A stretch of DNA of 64,000 bases from Octopus sinensis (lineage: Eukaryota). This document shows, piece after piece, positions 23,188-35,535 of the stretch (its first letter is position 1; each line of letters starts with the position of its first letter). The stretch spans positions 29,946,001 to 30,010,000 of the forward strand of contig NC_043010.1 of the NCBI RefSeq assembly GCF_006345805.1, in the 5' to 3' direction. The notes beneath the pieces were generated by a model, which made no database searches, was not told the DNA's origin, and saw only the letters and a list, made by a program, of their open reading frames with translations. A program made the translations under genes and the position numbers.

Positions 23188-24254
23188 CTGACTTGTGAGG
23201 AAGAGACAACTCAATACTGATACTTTACTTTTGTGACTCCAGATGAGAAGCAATACTGATCTTAGTGGGAAGAGCCATAACTAAATATCACAGGACATTT
23301 GCTCTCAAAGTATGTAAGATTTTATAAAACTCATGATAGCATGAATAAAAACTATGACCAAAATAACATCAGTTGGGTCTAATACTCAACACTGTCATTT
23401 GAAGCTGCAGGAAATCTCAACCCAGATGACTATGATAACCGCATGCTTAACTGAAAAAAGCTCCAACTCCAGGTTCTATGCCCTTGATCTCTTCCCCACC
23501 AGTCTCAGTATCACCAATCATTCTGATCTTCACTTCCATCACCCTTAAACGGTACACTCCAGAGTTATCTCCCATTAGATCCAAACTCTTCATTCTCCGT
23601 CTGTAGTTCATCTTAAAAACGGAGGTAGTATCTCCTATTTCAACCAAAATATGAAAGATAGGGGATTATTGCCCTTGTTTTTAACAACTCGGGTGATGAT
23701 AATTGTAAATTACTTTCTTTATCACGTTGAATCTCCTTTTCTTCTCCTCAGAGTCCGCTGCAATAAAGATTGCCATATGGCCCTTACCAATAGATCGTTA
23801 AATTTGAGGACTTTATATGTAAAATTTTTGAATCAGAAATTTCCTGGTAGGCTGCAACTACTGCTGCATGTGCTGATAGTGTTCTTTCTGACTCTACCCA
23901 CAAACTATTAAGTCTAGCACACCCCAAAGTTCAGTAATGTCTCCTACATACTTCCATTTAAACATCAACAACCTACTTGTTTCCAATGAACACTCTTATG
24001 TGGATATGATACATCACTCATTTACATTTCACACAAAAGTGTCATTTACACATCTCAAGAGATGTTTCATGAAGTTTGAGCTTGGGAACATCATTCAACA
24101 GGAAACATGACAACCTGATCTCTCTTTCAACAGCACATTCACTACACATTTCAAAGAAACAGATTCATATGTAAAACATTGCTTTAGTTATAGATAACTT
24201 AGACCATCAAAGTCACTACAAATGTGAGCCGATAAGATATTGTTACTGTAACTC

Positions 24255-24592
24255 TTTTATCTTTTACTTGTTTCAGTTAGTAGACTGTGGCAATGCTGGG
24301 GTACCACCTTGAAGGGTTTTTTTGTCGAATGAATCAACTCCAGAACTTTTTTTTAACCTGGTACTTATTCAATCGATCTCTTTCACCAAACTGCTATGTT
24401 ACAGGGAATTAAACACACACACATATATACATATGTAATGGGCTTCTTTCAGTTTCTGTCCACCAAATCCACTCACAAGGCTTTGGTTAGCCCAAGACTA
24501 TAATAGAAGACATTTGCATAAGGTGCCACACAGTGGGACTGAACCCAGAATCATGTGGTTGGGAAGTAAGCTTCTTACCACACAATCATGCC
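24255..24592 (-). mobile_element. SINE family B
   Basis: Reverse complement of 19885-20250 over nearly full length. Confidence 0.88.
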
Positions 24593-24984
24593 TATGAATG
24601 TGAACTGTATTATAAATACTAAGGCTGACTGCATGCAGTCACCAAATAGCTCAGGCCTGATCAACTGCTAACTTCCTATTGAGCACAATAACAATATTTG
24701 AGTAGTGCCAATGTCTAAGGAAGGGTACTGTTGATGTTATACACATAACATTTTAAAGTCAAAGATGGAGCCTCTCCATGGTCACCCAACCTGCAAGAAA
24801 TACCAACCAAATCTTTTTCAAATAACAACCATCCTAAAAAAAAATACATTGGAGAATGAATTGTGTAGGTATGTGTAATTGTTAATATGTGTGTGTGTGC
24901 ATATTACTTTGTGTATTGTTATGAACGAGATGAGAAATAAGAACAGATCACATTTTTAAACTGTCATCTTGTATTTTGGGCACC

Positions 24985-24990
24985 TTTATT
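24985..24990 (-). terminator. Candidate AATAAA signal of ZNF-B
   Basis: About 900 nt past the stop; followed on the minus strand by GU/U-rich TGTGATCTGTTCTTATTT about 40 nt downstream. Confidence 0.45.
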
Positions 24991-25200
24991 CACCAACATG
25001 TGGTGGAATTCAAATGATCCTTCCAAATAATGCTGGTCCAGTAGGTAACCACGTTTCCATAGCAATAACTGACAGTTTACAGCAACTGATTATCACTGCC
25101 ATGAAGAGTGATACCATATTTTATGGAGGGAACAGAGGGTGATAGGACAGAGAGAACCTCGTGCTATCAGAAATAGAACAGCAACTGTTGAAAGTTAGAC

Positions 25201-25266
<66 letters not shown>

Positions 25267-25895
25267 AGGGGGACATGATAAGGGAAAAGTGTTAGAGTTT
25301 GTGTGTAAATAAAAAGAATGACAAGACAGATACAAAAAGAAAGAATATGGAATATGAAAAACAAAAGGAATGTGAATGTGTATGAAAGAGATAGACAGAG
25401 AAAAAGAGTGTGAATGAATAAGATTCATAAAGAGAAAAATGCATGTGTGTTTATGGGATAAATTGGACATGCTCAGAGGAGACCAAATATACCACTAACC
25501 ACTCTTTTGAATCAGGACTATAAAGGTAGAGAACCTTATTGTGTTGAAGGAGTTTAGTGGAAGAGGTGTATTTCATGAGTAAATGAGGATCTAGTCAGAT
25601 GTATGTAGGATACAGTGAAGTTGTTGCCTTGCTATGGGTAGTGAAGGTTGAGTGGGTAGTGTTGAGAACATAACATCTGAAAAGGTGTGGCAGACATTTT
25701 ATGGGAATGAAAGAATATGTTGAAGAAGAAGGGAGAGGAAGAGAGAGAGTATAGACATGAGTATGAAAGGAAAAGTATGTGTGTGATACTGAGGAGAAAA
25801 AAACACTGTGAAATTACAAAAAAAAAGAGAAAGTGTACAGAGAAATAGTAAGGAGGGAGTGAGAAAATTAGAAAGGAAAGGGGAAAATATAGAAT

Positions 25896-27119
25896 TTAAT
25901 TGTGCACATCTGTGTGATAGACGTCCATCTGCTGTACAGCAGGGTGGTAAGCAACACTGATCTGAGGAGCAAGATTAGTATGGTAGAGTACATTGCCTGG
26001 ATGTGGTTGTACAGTGATGTGATGGGGCACATTGGTTAAGGTAGTTATAGTCGTTGCATTGCCATTGCCATGATGAGCAGCGGCAGCTGTCACTGCAACT
26101 GGCTCTCCATTTTGTTCAGTTTCTACAGTCACAGCAGTTGAAGTCCCTTCTTCTGCAACAACACTGATACGAGGTACACAACTCAACTTTCTGACCCCTT
26201 TATTTGGCCGCTTGTGTCTTTCCAGATGGTCAATCCGTGTAAAGGCATAGCCACACAGTTCACACTTGAAAGGCCTCTCTCCAGAGTGAATGCGTTTATG
26301 GACACGTAGGTGATCACGCCGGGAAAATGCTTTGTTGCAGACATCACAGTTGAACAATTTAGGGCGTGAGTGTATCTTATGGTGAGTGGAGAGCTTGCCT
26401 GTTGTTGAGAATCCTTTACCACAAACATCACAAACATATGGCATGACTGGAATATGCCCAGATGATGCAGAAAACTGACCTTGCTTTTGAAGACCAATGC
26501 CTTGTGATTGGTTGTATTCTCGCCAACATTCTTCACAGTCAAATGGTGGATTCGATGTTACTGGTGCAATCTGGTTGGAGATAACTTGATGATGTTGTTG
26601 TTGTTGCTGAGGATAAACAAGATCACTGGACCTCACTGCATTACTAGTATGTAGGTTTGCATTGTTATTCTTATTACTCTTTTTGACCCGATTTTTCTTC
26701 ACAGGAGATGCTTGGGGTGTGGCAATTATTTGGTTGTTGATGTTGTACACTTTGCCACTGTGTTGTGTACGTGTGTGCCGTACGAGGTAATCTTTCCGTG
26801 AAAATGCACACCCACATATATTGCACTTGAATGGGCGTACCCCAGTATGTATCCGCTCATGCACAGTGAGATGTGATTTCTGGGAGAAACTGCGATCACA
26901 GGTCAAACATGTAAAGAGCTTCTCACCGCGATGAGTGCGTTTATGACGCTCCAGATTGTGACGGCTGAAAATTTTGCCACAAATATTGCATACTGCTGTC
27001 TTATCAGTGACAGATGCAGTGGAAGCAGTTGTATTCAGGTGAACTATAGTGGCAGCTGTTTCTAAATCCTGCACATCACAATGGATCAAAGTAGCAGTAC
27101 TGGGCATAAGAGTATTCAT
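25896..27119 (-). CDS. C2H2 zinc-finger protein ZNF-B, about 407 aa from the first ATG: two triads of fingers separated by an N/Q-rich linker
   Basis: The track start at 27152 is TTG; the first ATG is 27119 (MNTLMP). A strong acceptor TTTTTTTGTTTTCTAAG| opens the exon at 27163 with the frame still open, so an upstream coding exon is possible. Confidence 0.94.
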   Translation of the reverse strand: MNTLMPSTATLIHCDVQDLETAATIVHLNTTASTASVTDKTAVCNICGKIFSRHNLERHKRTHRGEKLFTCLTCDRSFSQKSHLTVHERIHTGVRPFKCNICGCAFSRKDYLVRHTRTQHSGKVYNINNQIIATPQASPVKKNRVKKSNKNNNANLHTSNAVRSSDLVYPQQQQQHHQVISNQIAPVTSNPPFDCEECWREYNQSQGIGLQKQGQFSASSGHIPVMPYVCDVCGKGFSTTGKLSTHHKIHSRPKLFNCDVCNKAFSRRDHLRVHKRIHSGERPFKCELCGYAFTRIDHLERHKRPNKGVRKLSCVPRISVVAEEGTSTAVTVETEQNGEPVAVTAAAAHHGNGNATTITTLTNVPHHITVQPHPGNVLYHTNLAPQISVAYHPAVQQMDVYHTDVHN

Positions 27120-28189
27120 TGGTGACAAGGTAGAAAATCCAGAAACATACAAATAATTGAGATCTTAGAAAACAAAAAAAACTGACCCCTGGCTTTCTAT
27201 AGTGAAACGGGGTTAAATATTATCTTCATAGTAATTAGTTTAGTCTAATGAAAATAAAATGTTCATTAGGTTGCTTTCTTCCCTAAATTACTGGTTAGTC
27301 ACACTCTGTATAATTTTTCTTTATAAAACTTCATATATATAGCTTTTAAAAATAGTTTATAACAAAATGCTGGCAGCTACCATAACTAAAGATTAAAAAA
27401 AAAAAGTAGTAGTAGTAGTATCAGCAAACATTAACAGGAGTTAGTTGACTTCGTGAATTGAATAACATGACAACACAAATAGAACCTCTTCCAAATAGTC
27501 TGCTTTGATTTCATTCCTCTCAGCTATCTTAAATAGTTGTGACAAGAACAAGAGCACAACTCTGTAGAAACATGAGAGTGGATTAGCTCAAAGTTGGTAA
27601 TAGATATGTGTGTCTATACGTATATGTATGTATATATATATATATACATACACACACAGAGGAAAGAAGGTAGTCAATATGTAGTGTTGGAGATAAAGGC
27701 ACTTGGGTGACGTGGAGCAGCTAATATTTTGGTAATACACTTCAGCACAGCATCAACCTACAAAGATAAAAATAACATTTCTATAAATCAAATGAATGTC
27801 AAACAGTTTTGTGTGTGTGTATATAAATATATGTAATAGCCGCAATTATATGTATATACACCATTCAGAAGTTGAGAGAATAGCTTAAGGCCAACATTTA
27901 CTTTTATTGTGACTACTTCTACATCCTTATAACTAATCCAATTCATACACATAAATTAACCAGTAGGATCAAAGCAAAGTAGAGATGGTCTGTACCAGCA
28001 ATAAGTACAAACTGCTGAAAAGTGGAGAAAATTGAGGGGAGATATGTCAGACGGGCACCCTACTGTCCCATCCTCACCTTGAGACTCCTAAGTTTTCAAC
28101 AACAAAGATTATGAGCTTGCTCCTAAGGATCCATGTGGAAAAATATGGGAGATTGTGGTTCTGAAAAAATATATATGTCTGTGTTTACC

Positions 28190-29559
28190 CCCCCCCCATC
28201 ACTCACCACCACTTGACAGCAGGTACTGGTGTGTTTATGTCTCCATAATGTAGTGGTTAGGTAAAAGAGACTGATAGAATAAATACCAAGCTTAAAAAAA
28301 AAGTACTGGGATTGATTCATTTAACTGAATTCTTGAAGGCAGTGCTCCAGCATGACGGCAGTCTAATGACTAACAAGTAAAAGATAAAAAATATAACAGA
28401 TAAATATTCTCAAAATTTCAATCTTTTTAAATTCCACCACTCCCTCATCTCCATACCAACACCTCAGATGTTTTAAAAACTTGACTATTCATTCCCTCAT
28501 GCAAGGATGCTAGTCAAACCAGTAGAAATGAACAGCAGCTCAACATGTCTAAAACAACCAAATCTCTCATAAAGTTTTTCCAGAATTTCCCCCTTTTTTA
28601 TACTATTTCGTTCCTTTGCTTTCAAAATAACAGAACCCACTCAAAAGAAATATGGAATGCATCAACACAATTGTTCCTGCTTAACCCAACCAACTTGCAC
28701 TGAAATATTTCAGTAAATTTTTTGTCCACACCTGTTTTATTAACGAGAAGATGAGGGAATACCTGATTTTCAGGATTCTGTCAATCAACTACCTCAATAA
28801 TAATAATCCTTTCTACTATAGGTACAAGGCCTGAAATTTTGGGGGACGGGATAAGTTGATTACACTGACCCCTGTAAAGACAGATGAAATGCCACTAAAC
28901 ATTTTGCCTGGCATAGTTATGATTCTGCCAGCTCACTGACTTAATAATAATAATAATGGTTTCAAATTTTGTTACATGGGCAGCAATTTTGGGTGAGGGG
29001 ATGATTTGATTACATTGACCCCAGTGTTCAACTAGTATCTATTTTATCGACTCCCGAAAAGATGAAAGGCAAAGTTGACTGCGGCAGAATTTGAACTCAG
29101 AACATAGTGATAGGCAAAATGCCACTAAGTGTTTTGCTTGTACTAATGATTCTGCCAGTTCGCTGCCTTAATAATAATAATGATTTCTAACAGAGGCACA
29201 AAAAAGTTTGTGGAGAGGAGGTAAATCAATTCAATCACCTCCACCACTGTACTTGACTGATACTTTATTTTATCAATCTCAAAGAGATGAATGCTAACCA
29301 TGGCAAGATTTGAACTCAGAACAGTTAAGTTATGGGGACATAAAGAAATCAACAAAACATATAGACATGTACACATAGATACATACATATATATCTGCAT
29401 ATATGATGGGCTTCTTTCAGTTTTTACCTACTAGATCCATTCACAATACTTTGGTCAACCTGGGGAGAGTAGAAGACACTTGCCTAAGGTGCCACAGAGT
29501 GGAATTGAACCTAAGGCTACTTGGTTGGGAAACAAGTTTCTTAATCACACAGTCATGGC

Positions 29560-29606
<47 letters not shown>

Positions 29607-30150
29607 CTATTCTATTCAGTCATTTCTGATGATTGTTAAATTTACCTTTCCATCTTTGGCATGAAACTGTTTGATAATAAATTGGCTGTCACAAGAACAA
29701 TAATAATAATCCTTACTACTATAGGCACAAGGCATATATATATATAGGTGCAGGAGTGGCTGTGTGGTAAGAAGCTTGCTTCCCAACTACATGGTTCTGG
29801 GTTCAGTCCCATTGCGTGGCACCTTGGGCAAATGTCTTCTACAATAGCTTTGGGCCGACCAAAACCTTGTGAGTGGATTTGGTAGATGGAAAGAAGCCCA
29901 TCGTATATATATATATATATATGCATGTGTGTGTGTGTATGTTTGTGTCTGTGTTTGTCTCCCCAACATCACTTGACAACCAATGCTGGAGTATTTACAT
30001 CCCTGTAACTTAGCAGTTCGGCAAAAGAGACTGATAGAATAAGTACTAGGCTTACGAAGAATATGTTCTGGGATCGATTTGCTTGACTAAAGGCAGTGCT
30101 CCAGCATGGCCGCAGTCAAATGACAGAAACAAAAAAAAAAGAAAAAAAAA
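28190..30150. mobile_element. SINE cluster: B 3' half(+) 28190-28390, three A(-) fragments 28795-29325, B head(-) 29403-29560, full B(+) 29747-30150
   Basis: Alignment to family copies. Confidence 0.82.
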
Positions 30151-30249
30151 AAGAAAGAATACCATCCTTAAGAACCATCACCTGTGATCTATCAGGTTTC
30201 ATCACCCATGCATCTTTTTAGACTCTTCCTTTCTTCAGCAGCCTGCATC

Positions 30250-30625
30250 AACATCTTCAATCTATAATTCTCCAAGCAAAAGAATACAAGCTGCCTTTGT
30301 GAATCGTGTTTCTTGACAATGAAAACCCTTCAATAGTATCAAGACAAATGCCAAAAACTGTTCAAGGATGTGAAGTCTGGATACACCACCAATGTAGCTC
30401 TGCTTTTGTCACTTGTAAGAGCACCAATTCAGAAAGCTGTCAAACAAGGATGTAGTCTCTCCAAAGCTCTTCACTGTGTTTCTAGAAATAGTTATTAGAG
30501 GCATTAAGAGCACAAGTGGTGTGAATGCCAACAGTGTACTACTAACACATCTCTGATGCTCAGATAACACTGTACTCATCGTCCAAACCACAGATCAAGT
30601 ACAGAAAAGCTAACAGAGCTGAACA
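30250..30625 (+). mobile_element. Old LINE RT fragment (RTE-like)
   Basis: Across frameshifts: QAKEYKLPL*IVFLDNE.PFNSI ... KAVKQGCSL/SPKLFTVFLE ... SDNTVLI (RT motifs 3-5). Confidence 0.7.
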
Positions 30626-30811
30626 GCCGCAGCTCAGTAATAGGTTATAAAATGAACTACATGAAAACAAAATACATGTGGCCCAAGACTATACTATAAA
30701 TTGCTCTCACAAATACTAAAACAAAATTTGGGATTTATGGAGGGTCAAAGTTAGGAACAAAAACAGGATAATACATAAAGATATATGTATATATATACAT
30801 ACAGACAAAAG

Positions 30812-30843
<32 letters not shown>

Positions 30844-31131
30844 CATATATATATATACACACACAGACAAAAGTATATACATATATATATATACTTACAG
30901 ACAAAAGTATATACATATATATATATATATATTTAGATGCATAATTCAAATTTACAGAAAAACAAGACGAAGGGCTTCGCTTGCACCTCACCACGCACTG
31001 AAAAAATAGGCTGACCACCTGGTAAAAATCATTAATGATTTTTACCCTTTATTATTATGTACATATATATACATACACAAACACACATACATACACATAT
31101 ATATATATATATACACAGACACACATATACA

Positions 31132-31170
<39 letters not shown>

Positions 31171-31173
<3 letters not shown>

Positions 31174-32428
31174 GGTTGGATAAAATAATGGAAACACCTT
31201 AAAATTTCAAGCAAATTATTTTAATATGGGGTAGGACCACCTTTGGTAGTAATTACAGTCTGAATTCTATGAGTTATGGACTCGTACAAAGTATGAATTG
31301 TTTCCAGTGGAAATTTTGTCCGCTCTTCAGCTATAACAGTCTCCGGTTCTTGTAGTGATGAAGGTGGAGGATATAAACTCCTTACTTGTTTTTCTAAAAT
31401 GCACCATAAATGTTCAATAATATTGAGATCTGGGGACTGTGGTGGACAGATAAGATGTTAAACCTCACTAGAATGTTCTTTGTGCCATTTAGTAACAACT
31501 TTTGCTGTGTGAATTGGTGCATTATCATCCTGAAAGATTGTGTTTCCCTCCAGAAACAGTTCTGCGACCACAGGATGAATTCGATCAGATAAAATGCTTA
31601 GTCTTGACTATTATTTCTGCCATGAAGGAAAACTATTGGGCCAGCAGATTTCCAAGATATAGCCCCCCACCAGATCATCACAGATCCTCTTCCATGTTTA
31701 ACAGTTGGAAGAAAGCAGTCTGGGTCAAATACTTCTTTTGGCTGTCTCCACATGTATACTTGGCTGGTGGTCAGAAATAAGGTAAAGAATTACTCGTCTG
31801 AGAAAATAACATTCTTCCACCGCTCTAGGGACCAATTCTCTAGGCTTGTACTCCACTCTAAATGCTTTGCAATGTTTGTTTTTGAAAGTAGTGGTTTTCT
31901 GATTGCAACCCTCCCATGAAATCTGGCTTTGTGCAGCTCCCAGTGAACAATTTTTGTGGAAACTGGGTTCTCGAGGTGGCCATTAAGCTCTGCAGAAATT
32001 GTGGGAGGTGTACTTTTGTGATCCTTTCTAACAATTTGTGAAAAAGTCCAATGGTCCCTATCTGAAAGTATTGGTTTTCTTCTGGATTTTTGTTTCAACA
32101 AAGAGGTTTTTCTGTGTTTCTCAAAGGCTGTTATTACTTTTGAGACAGCATTTCTTGATACACCAAACATTTTGGCTGTTTAGGTTATGCTAGCACCTAC
32201 CATATGAGTGCCAGCAATTTGACCTCTTTGAAAGCCCAATAGATCTGTCATTTTAATGAATTTTAATTACCTTTTTCTGATGATATCTGAAAAGAAACAG
32301 CAATTTTAGCAAAACATTAAGCAACACTAATAATAAATCAAAACACAAAAATAAACAAGCTTTTGATGGTTTTATAGATATTTCAAAATTATGATGCTAG
32401 GGCTTTCCATTATTTTGTCCAACCCCTG
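31171..32428 (-). mobile_element. Full-length decayed Tc1-family DNA transposon
   Basis: TIRs (CA)GGGGTTGGAYAAAATAATGGAAA at both ends; transposase MTDLLGFQRGQI(32251)..VSRNAVSK..RKPLLS..WKNVIFSDE with stops; sits in a TA run. Confidence 0.93.
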
Positions 32429-32718
32429 TGTATACATATATATATTTGAAATATGTATCTTGTAGTCAAGGCAATGTGTGAATTACTTAACATTAAGTGT
32501 TCACTGATGACTGTTGTCGATATATATTTATTGAACATTGACAACTGAACAAAAGTATAATAATGCCTCAATTATATATGAGAATAACTAACAGCTTGCA
32601 CACATTAAACAAACATAACAGCAAGGTCTGCGTTTAAAATATTCCAGTAACATTGTTGTGACGTGCAATAGGCATTTTGTGACAAGTGGCATACACATAC
32701 ATATATATACATATACAC

Positions 32719-32766
<48 letters not shown>

Positions 32767-32855
32767 TATATATATACATACACATATAGAGATACATACA
32801 TATATATATATTTAATAAATATTAGGGAATAATTTGACACTGAATTATTGGAAGT

Positions 32856-32898
32856 CCACCTGAAGATTGTCGATCAAGACAAGAAACGATTGTAGTGG
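32856..32898 (+). ncRNA. Minimal type I hammerhead ribozyme motif in a ~170-bp Penelope-type terminal fragment (about 32815-32985)
   Basis: CCAC-CTGAAGA-TTGTC gatcaa GACAA-GAAA-C gatt G-TA|GTGG: full catalytic core, 5-bp stem II, 4-bp stem I, GUA cleavage triplet. Confidence 0.82.
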
Positions 32899-33010
32899 CG
32901 GTTTTTTTGACTATTTATTAAAATTTTATGTATTGATTAAGTCTTTCCTTGTTTGTTTTGCAAAATAGTGGTTTTGTCTCTAATAATATTTTATATATAT
33001 ATTTATATAT

Positions 33011-33226
33011 ATTCACTCAGCTGTAGAAATGAATTGCGACGTCACTGGTGCCAAGCTGTATCGACCTTTGTCTTTCCCTTGGATAACACTGGTGGCGTGG
33101 AGAGGGGAGGCTGGTATGCATGGGCGACTGCTGGTCTTCCATAAACAACCTCGCCCGGACTTGTGTCTAGGAGGGTAACTTTCTAGGTGCAATCCCATGG
33201 TCTGTGTCGTGACCGAAGGGGGTCTC
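33011..33226 (+). mobile_element. 5'-truncated SINE of a third family (probably CORE-type)
   Basis: Starts TTCACTCAGCTGTAGAAATGA (resembles the end of the CORE domain) and ends GACCGAAGGGGGTCTC. Family assignment is from recall. Confidence 0.5.
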
Positions 33227-33242
33227 CGATATATATACAGGG

Positions 33243-34695
33243 GAAGAATTCACAAAAAAAAAACCAAAAGACGAAGACTGGTGGTGTAGACAACAAACAG
33301 ATGTATTTGTTTAATGCTTGGGAAGTGAAAGTCTTTAACGTTTGAGCCTATGCTCTTCCACAGAAAGAAACAAGGAAAGAAAATAAAGAATGTGTAGGGT
33401 CTAGTGATCTATCGTGGTGAATGCCAGACAGAGGGTCACACAGGAGAGCTAAGAAGGGGAGATAATAAAGAAGTGTTGATCCCAAAATGAAGGTGTGTGT
33501 GCATGTACAAGAGAGCATGTATGTGTGTTTGGAGGAGGGCTGGTAACCTTTACATGTGTGTGTATGTGTAGGGCTGGGAAGTAGTCAGTGCTAGTGTGTG
33601 TGTGGTGGTGATGGGATGTGGGGGAGGTGAGAGTGGGGAAAGCAAGGGTGGGTGTGGGGTATGTAGGAGTGAGTGTAAAGGATGGGGTGGGATGGGATGG
33701 ATAGGGAAGGTGGGGTTGGATTATGTAGGGGTGGGTTACAAGGGAGGGTGACGATGAAGGGAGAGGGGGAAAGTGGGTAGGAGTGAAGAGAAGAGAGGAG
33801 AGTAGGAGTGAAGAGAAGTAGGAGTCAGAGCAAGAGAGAGGTGGGTGGGAGGAAGTAGATGTGAGAGGGAGAGAGGAGAAGGGAGGAGTGTTGAGCCCAT
33901 GTAGCATAAAGGAGCGAAGAAAGAAGATTAATCCCTGTTCACAGCAAAAACAGGAGTCTGGATGGCCCCTGTGCAAGGACAATCTGAATACAGACAGGTG
34001 TTGAAAAGAATGACTGGTAGAATGGAAATGGCGTGAGATTGGGGTGTCATTGCTGAGTTGGGTGCCTCAGAGGTGTACTGCAAACCGCTCAGCCAAGCGG
34101 CATACCGTTTACCTGATGTATAGAGAAGGGCAGAGAGAGCAGGAGATGCAGTAGCTGACATTTGTAGAAGTACAGGTGAAGGAGTTGGTGATATGATAGG
34201 GTTGATGATGGGTACCAGAGTGGAGGGTGGTATTGAAGAGGTAAAGGCAAGTGTGACAGCATGTGTGGGAGCAGGGGAACAAGCCAGGTTGGGAGGTTGG
34301 GTTAGGGAAGAAGCTGTGGACCAAGAGGTCTCGTAGGTTGTGGGCTCGTTTGAAGGAGGGGAGGGGTCGGTTAGGGAAGATGTGCAAAGTGGAGGGGTCG
34401 GACTGGAGTCGCAGGAAGGCTCGGAGAATGGTGTGTTGGAGAGGTAGGGTGGTAGGTGAGGGGAAATGGGAGATGGAAGGGCGGGTGCAGGGGAGAAAGC
34501 AGATGCACGGTCCACAGAACGTGCTCTAGAACGGTGTGGATAGTGGTGAGGGAATATCCATGTAGGATGAAGTGGTGAACCATGAGTTGAGATTGAGTCT
34601 CAAAGTCATGGTCATCACTGCAGAGCCTGCGTAGACGGAGGAATTGGGAATAGGAGTGGAAAGCATGGTGTGTTTAGGGTGGAAGGAGGAGACAT
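33243..34695 (-). mobile_element. Penelope-like element 3' part: RT thumb, GIY-YIG endonuclease, 3' terminal repeat
   Basis: SFHPKHT; KRAHNLRDLLV..PCSHTCCHTC..FTCTSTNVSYCISCSLCPSLYIRET..RF..H (GIY-YIG with CCHH linker); degenerate hammerhead at 33337-33363. Confidence 0.92.
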
Positions 34696-34749
34696 ATTTA
34701 TACATATATATATATATATACACATATATATATATATATACATACATAA

Positions 34750-35020
34750 CCTTCTGTTTTTTCCGTCCTTGTTTTTGTATACATTCGCTGCTTTCTTCCA
34801 AGGAATCTAATGCTCTTAGCTTAGTTTTTCCTTGGGGCTGACCAGATTGGAGCAATCTCGAGTATAACCAGCTGAAATTGCAAAGATAATCTGGAAATGG
34901 ACTGAGGAAAGAAAACTCCAAATGACCTGCCCTTGTTTTCTTTGCATCGTCTATCTAGATATTTTGTTGTCCCTTTCTTGTATCATCTGTCTGGATGTTT
35001 TGCATTCTTGTCCCATTTTG

Positions 35021-35022
<2 letters not shown>
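34750..35022 (+). repeat. Unclassified dispersed-repeat fragment between TA runs
   Basis: Complex island between microsatellites, resembling an octopus repeat by recall only; no second copy in this window. Confidence 0.3.
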
Positions 35023-35062
<40 letters not shown>

Positions 35063-35269
35063 TATATATACACACTTACATATATACACATATATATATG
35101 TACACATATATATGCACACATATATATATATATATATATACATACATATATGCACACATATATATGCACACATATATATATATATAATATATATATATAT
35201 ACATACACACACATATATATACATTTACATATACGTGTATATATATTTACACATACGTGTATATATATA

Positions 35270-35302
<33 letters not shown>

Positions 35303-35303
<1 letters not shown>

Positions 35304-35535
35304 CGTAGTCAAGGCAATGCGTGAATTAACTGAATATTAAGTGTTCACTGATGACTGTTGTCAATATATATTTATCGAACACTGATAAGAAGACATGTAT
35401 AAAAGTTATATTGCCTCACTTATTATAAGAGAATCACCAACAGCTTGCACACAATTAAATAAACAAACATAATAGCCAAGTTTGAGTCTAAAATAGTTTA
35501 GTAACAATGTCATGGCGTGCGACAGGGTATTTCGC
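35303..35535. repeat. ~230-bp segment duplicated at 32460-32690
   Basis: GTAGTCAAGGCAATGYGTGAATTA..AAGTGTTCACTGATGACTGTTGTC..AACAGCTTGCACACA..AAACAAACATAA shared; roughly 75-80% identity by eye. Confidence 0.88.

Noticed and set aside
27120-27152. TTG start for ZNF-B
   Set aside because: Artefact of the ORF caller's alternative starts; the first ATG is 27119, or the frame continues from an upstream exon.
33449-34515. Pro/Ser/Thr-rich ORFs as mucin-like host genes
   Set aside because: Alternative frames and low-complexity tracts of the Penelope-like element.
34922-35324. YI/IY-repeat ORFs (also near 2007, 30716, 32588, 38345-38911)
   Set aside because: (TA)n/(TG)n microsatellite translations.
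35340-35390. C/D-box snoRNA (TGATGA..CTGA) or hammerhead in the duplicated segment
   Set aside because: Boxes are only 35-45 nt apart with variable spacing between copies; there is no GAAA after a stem II.
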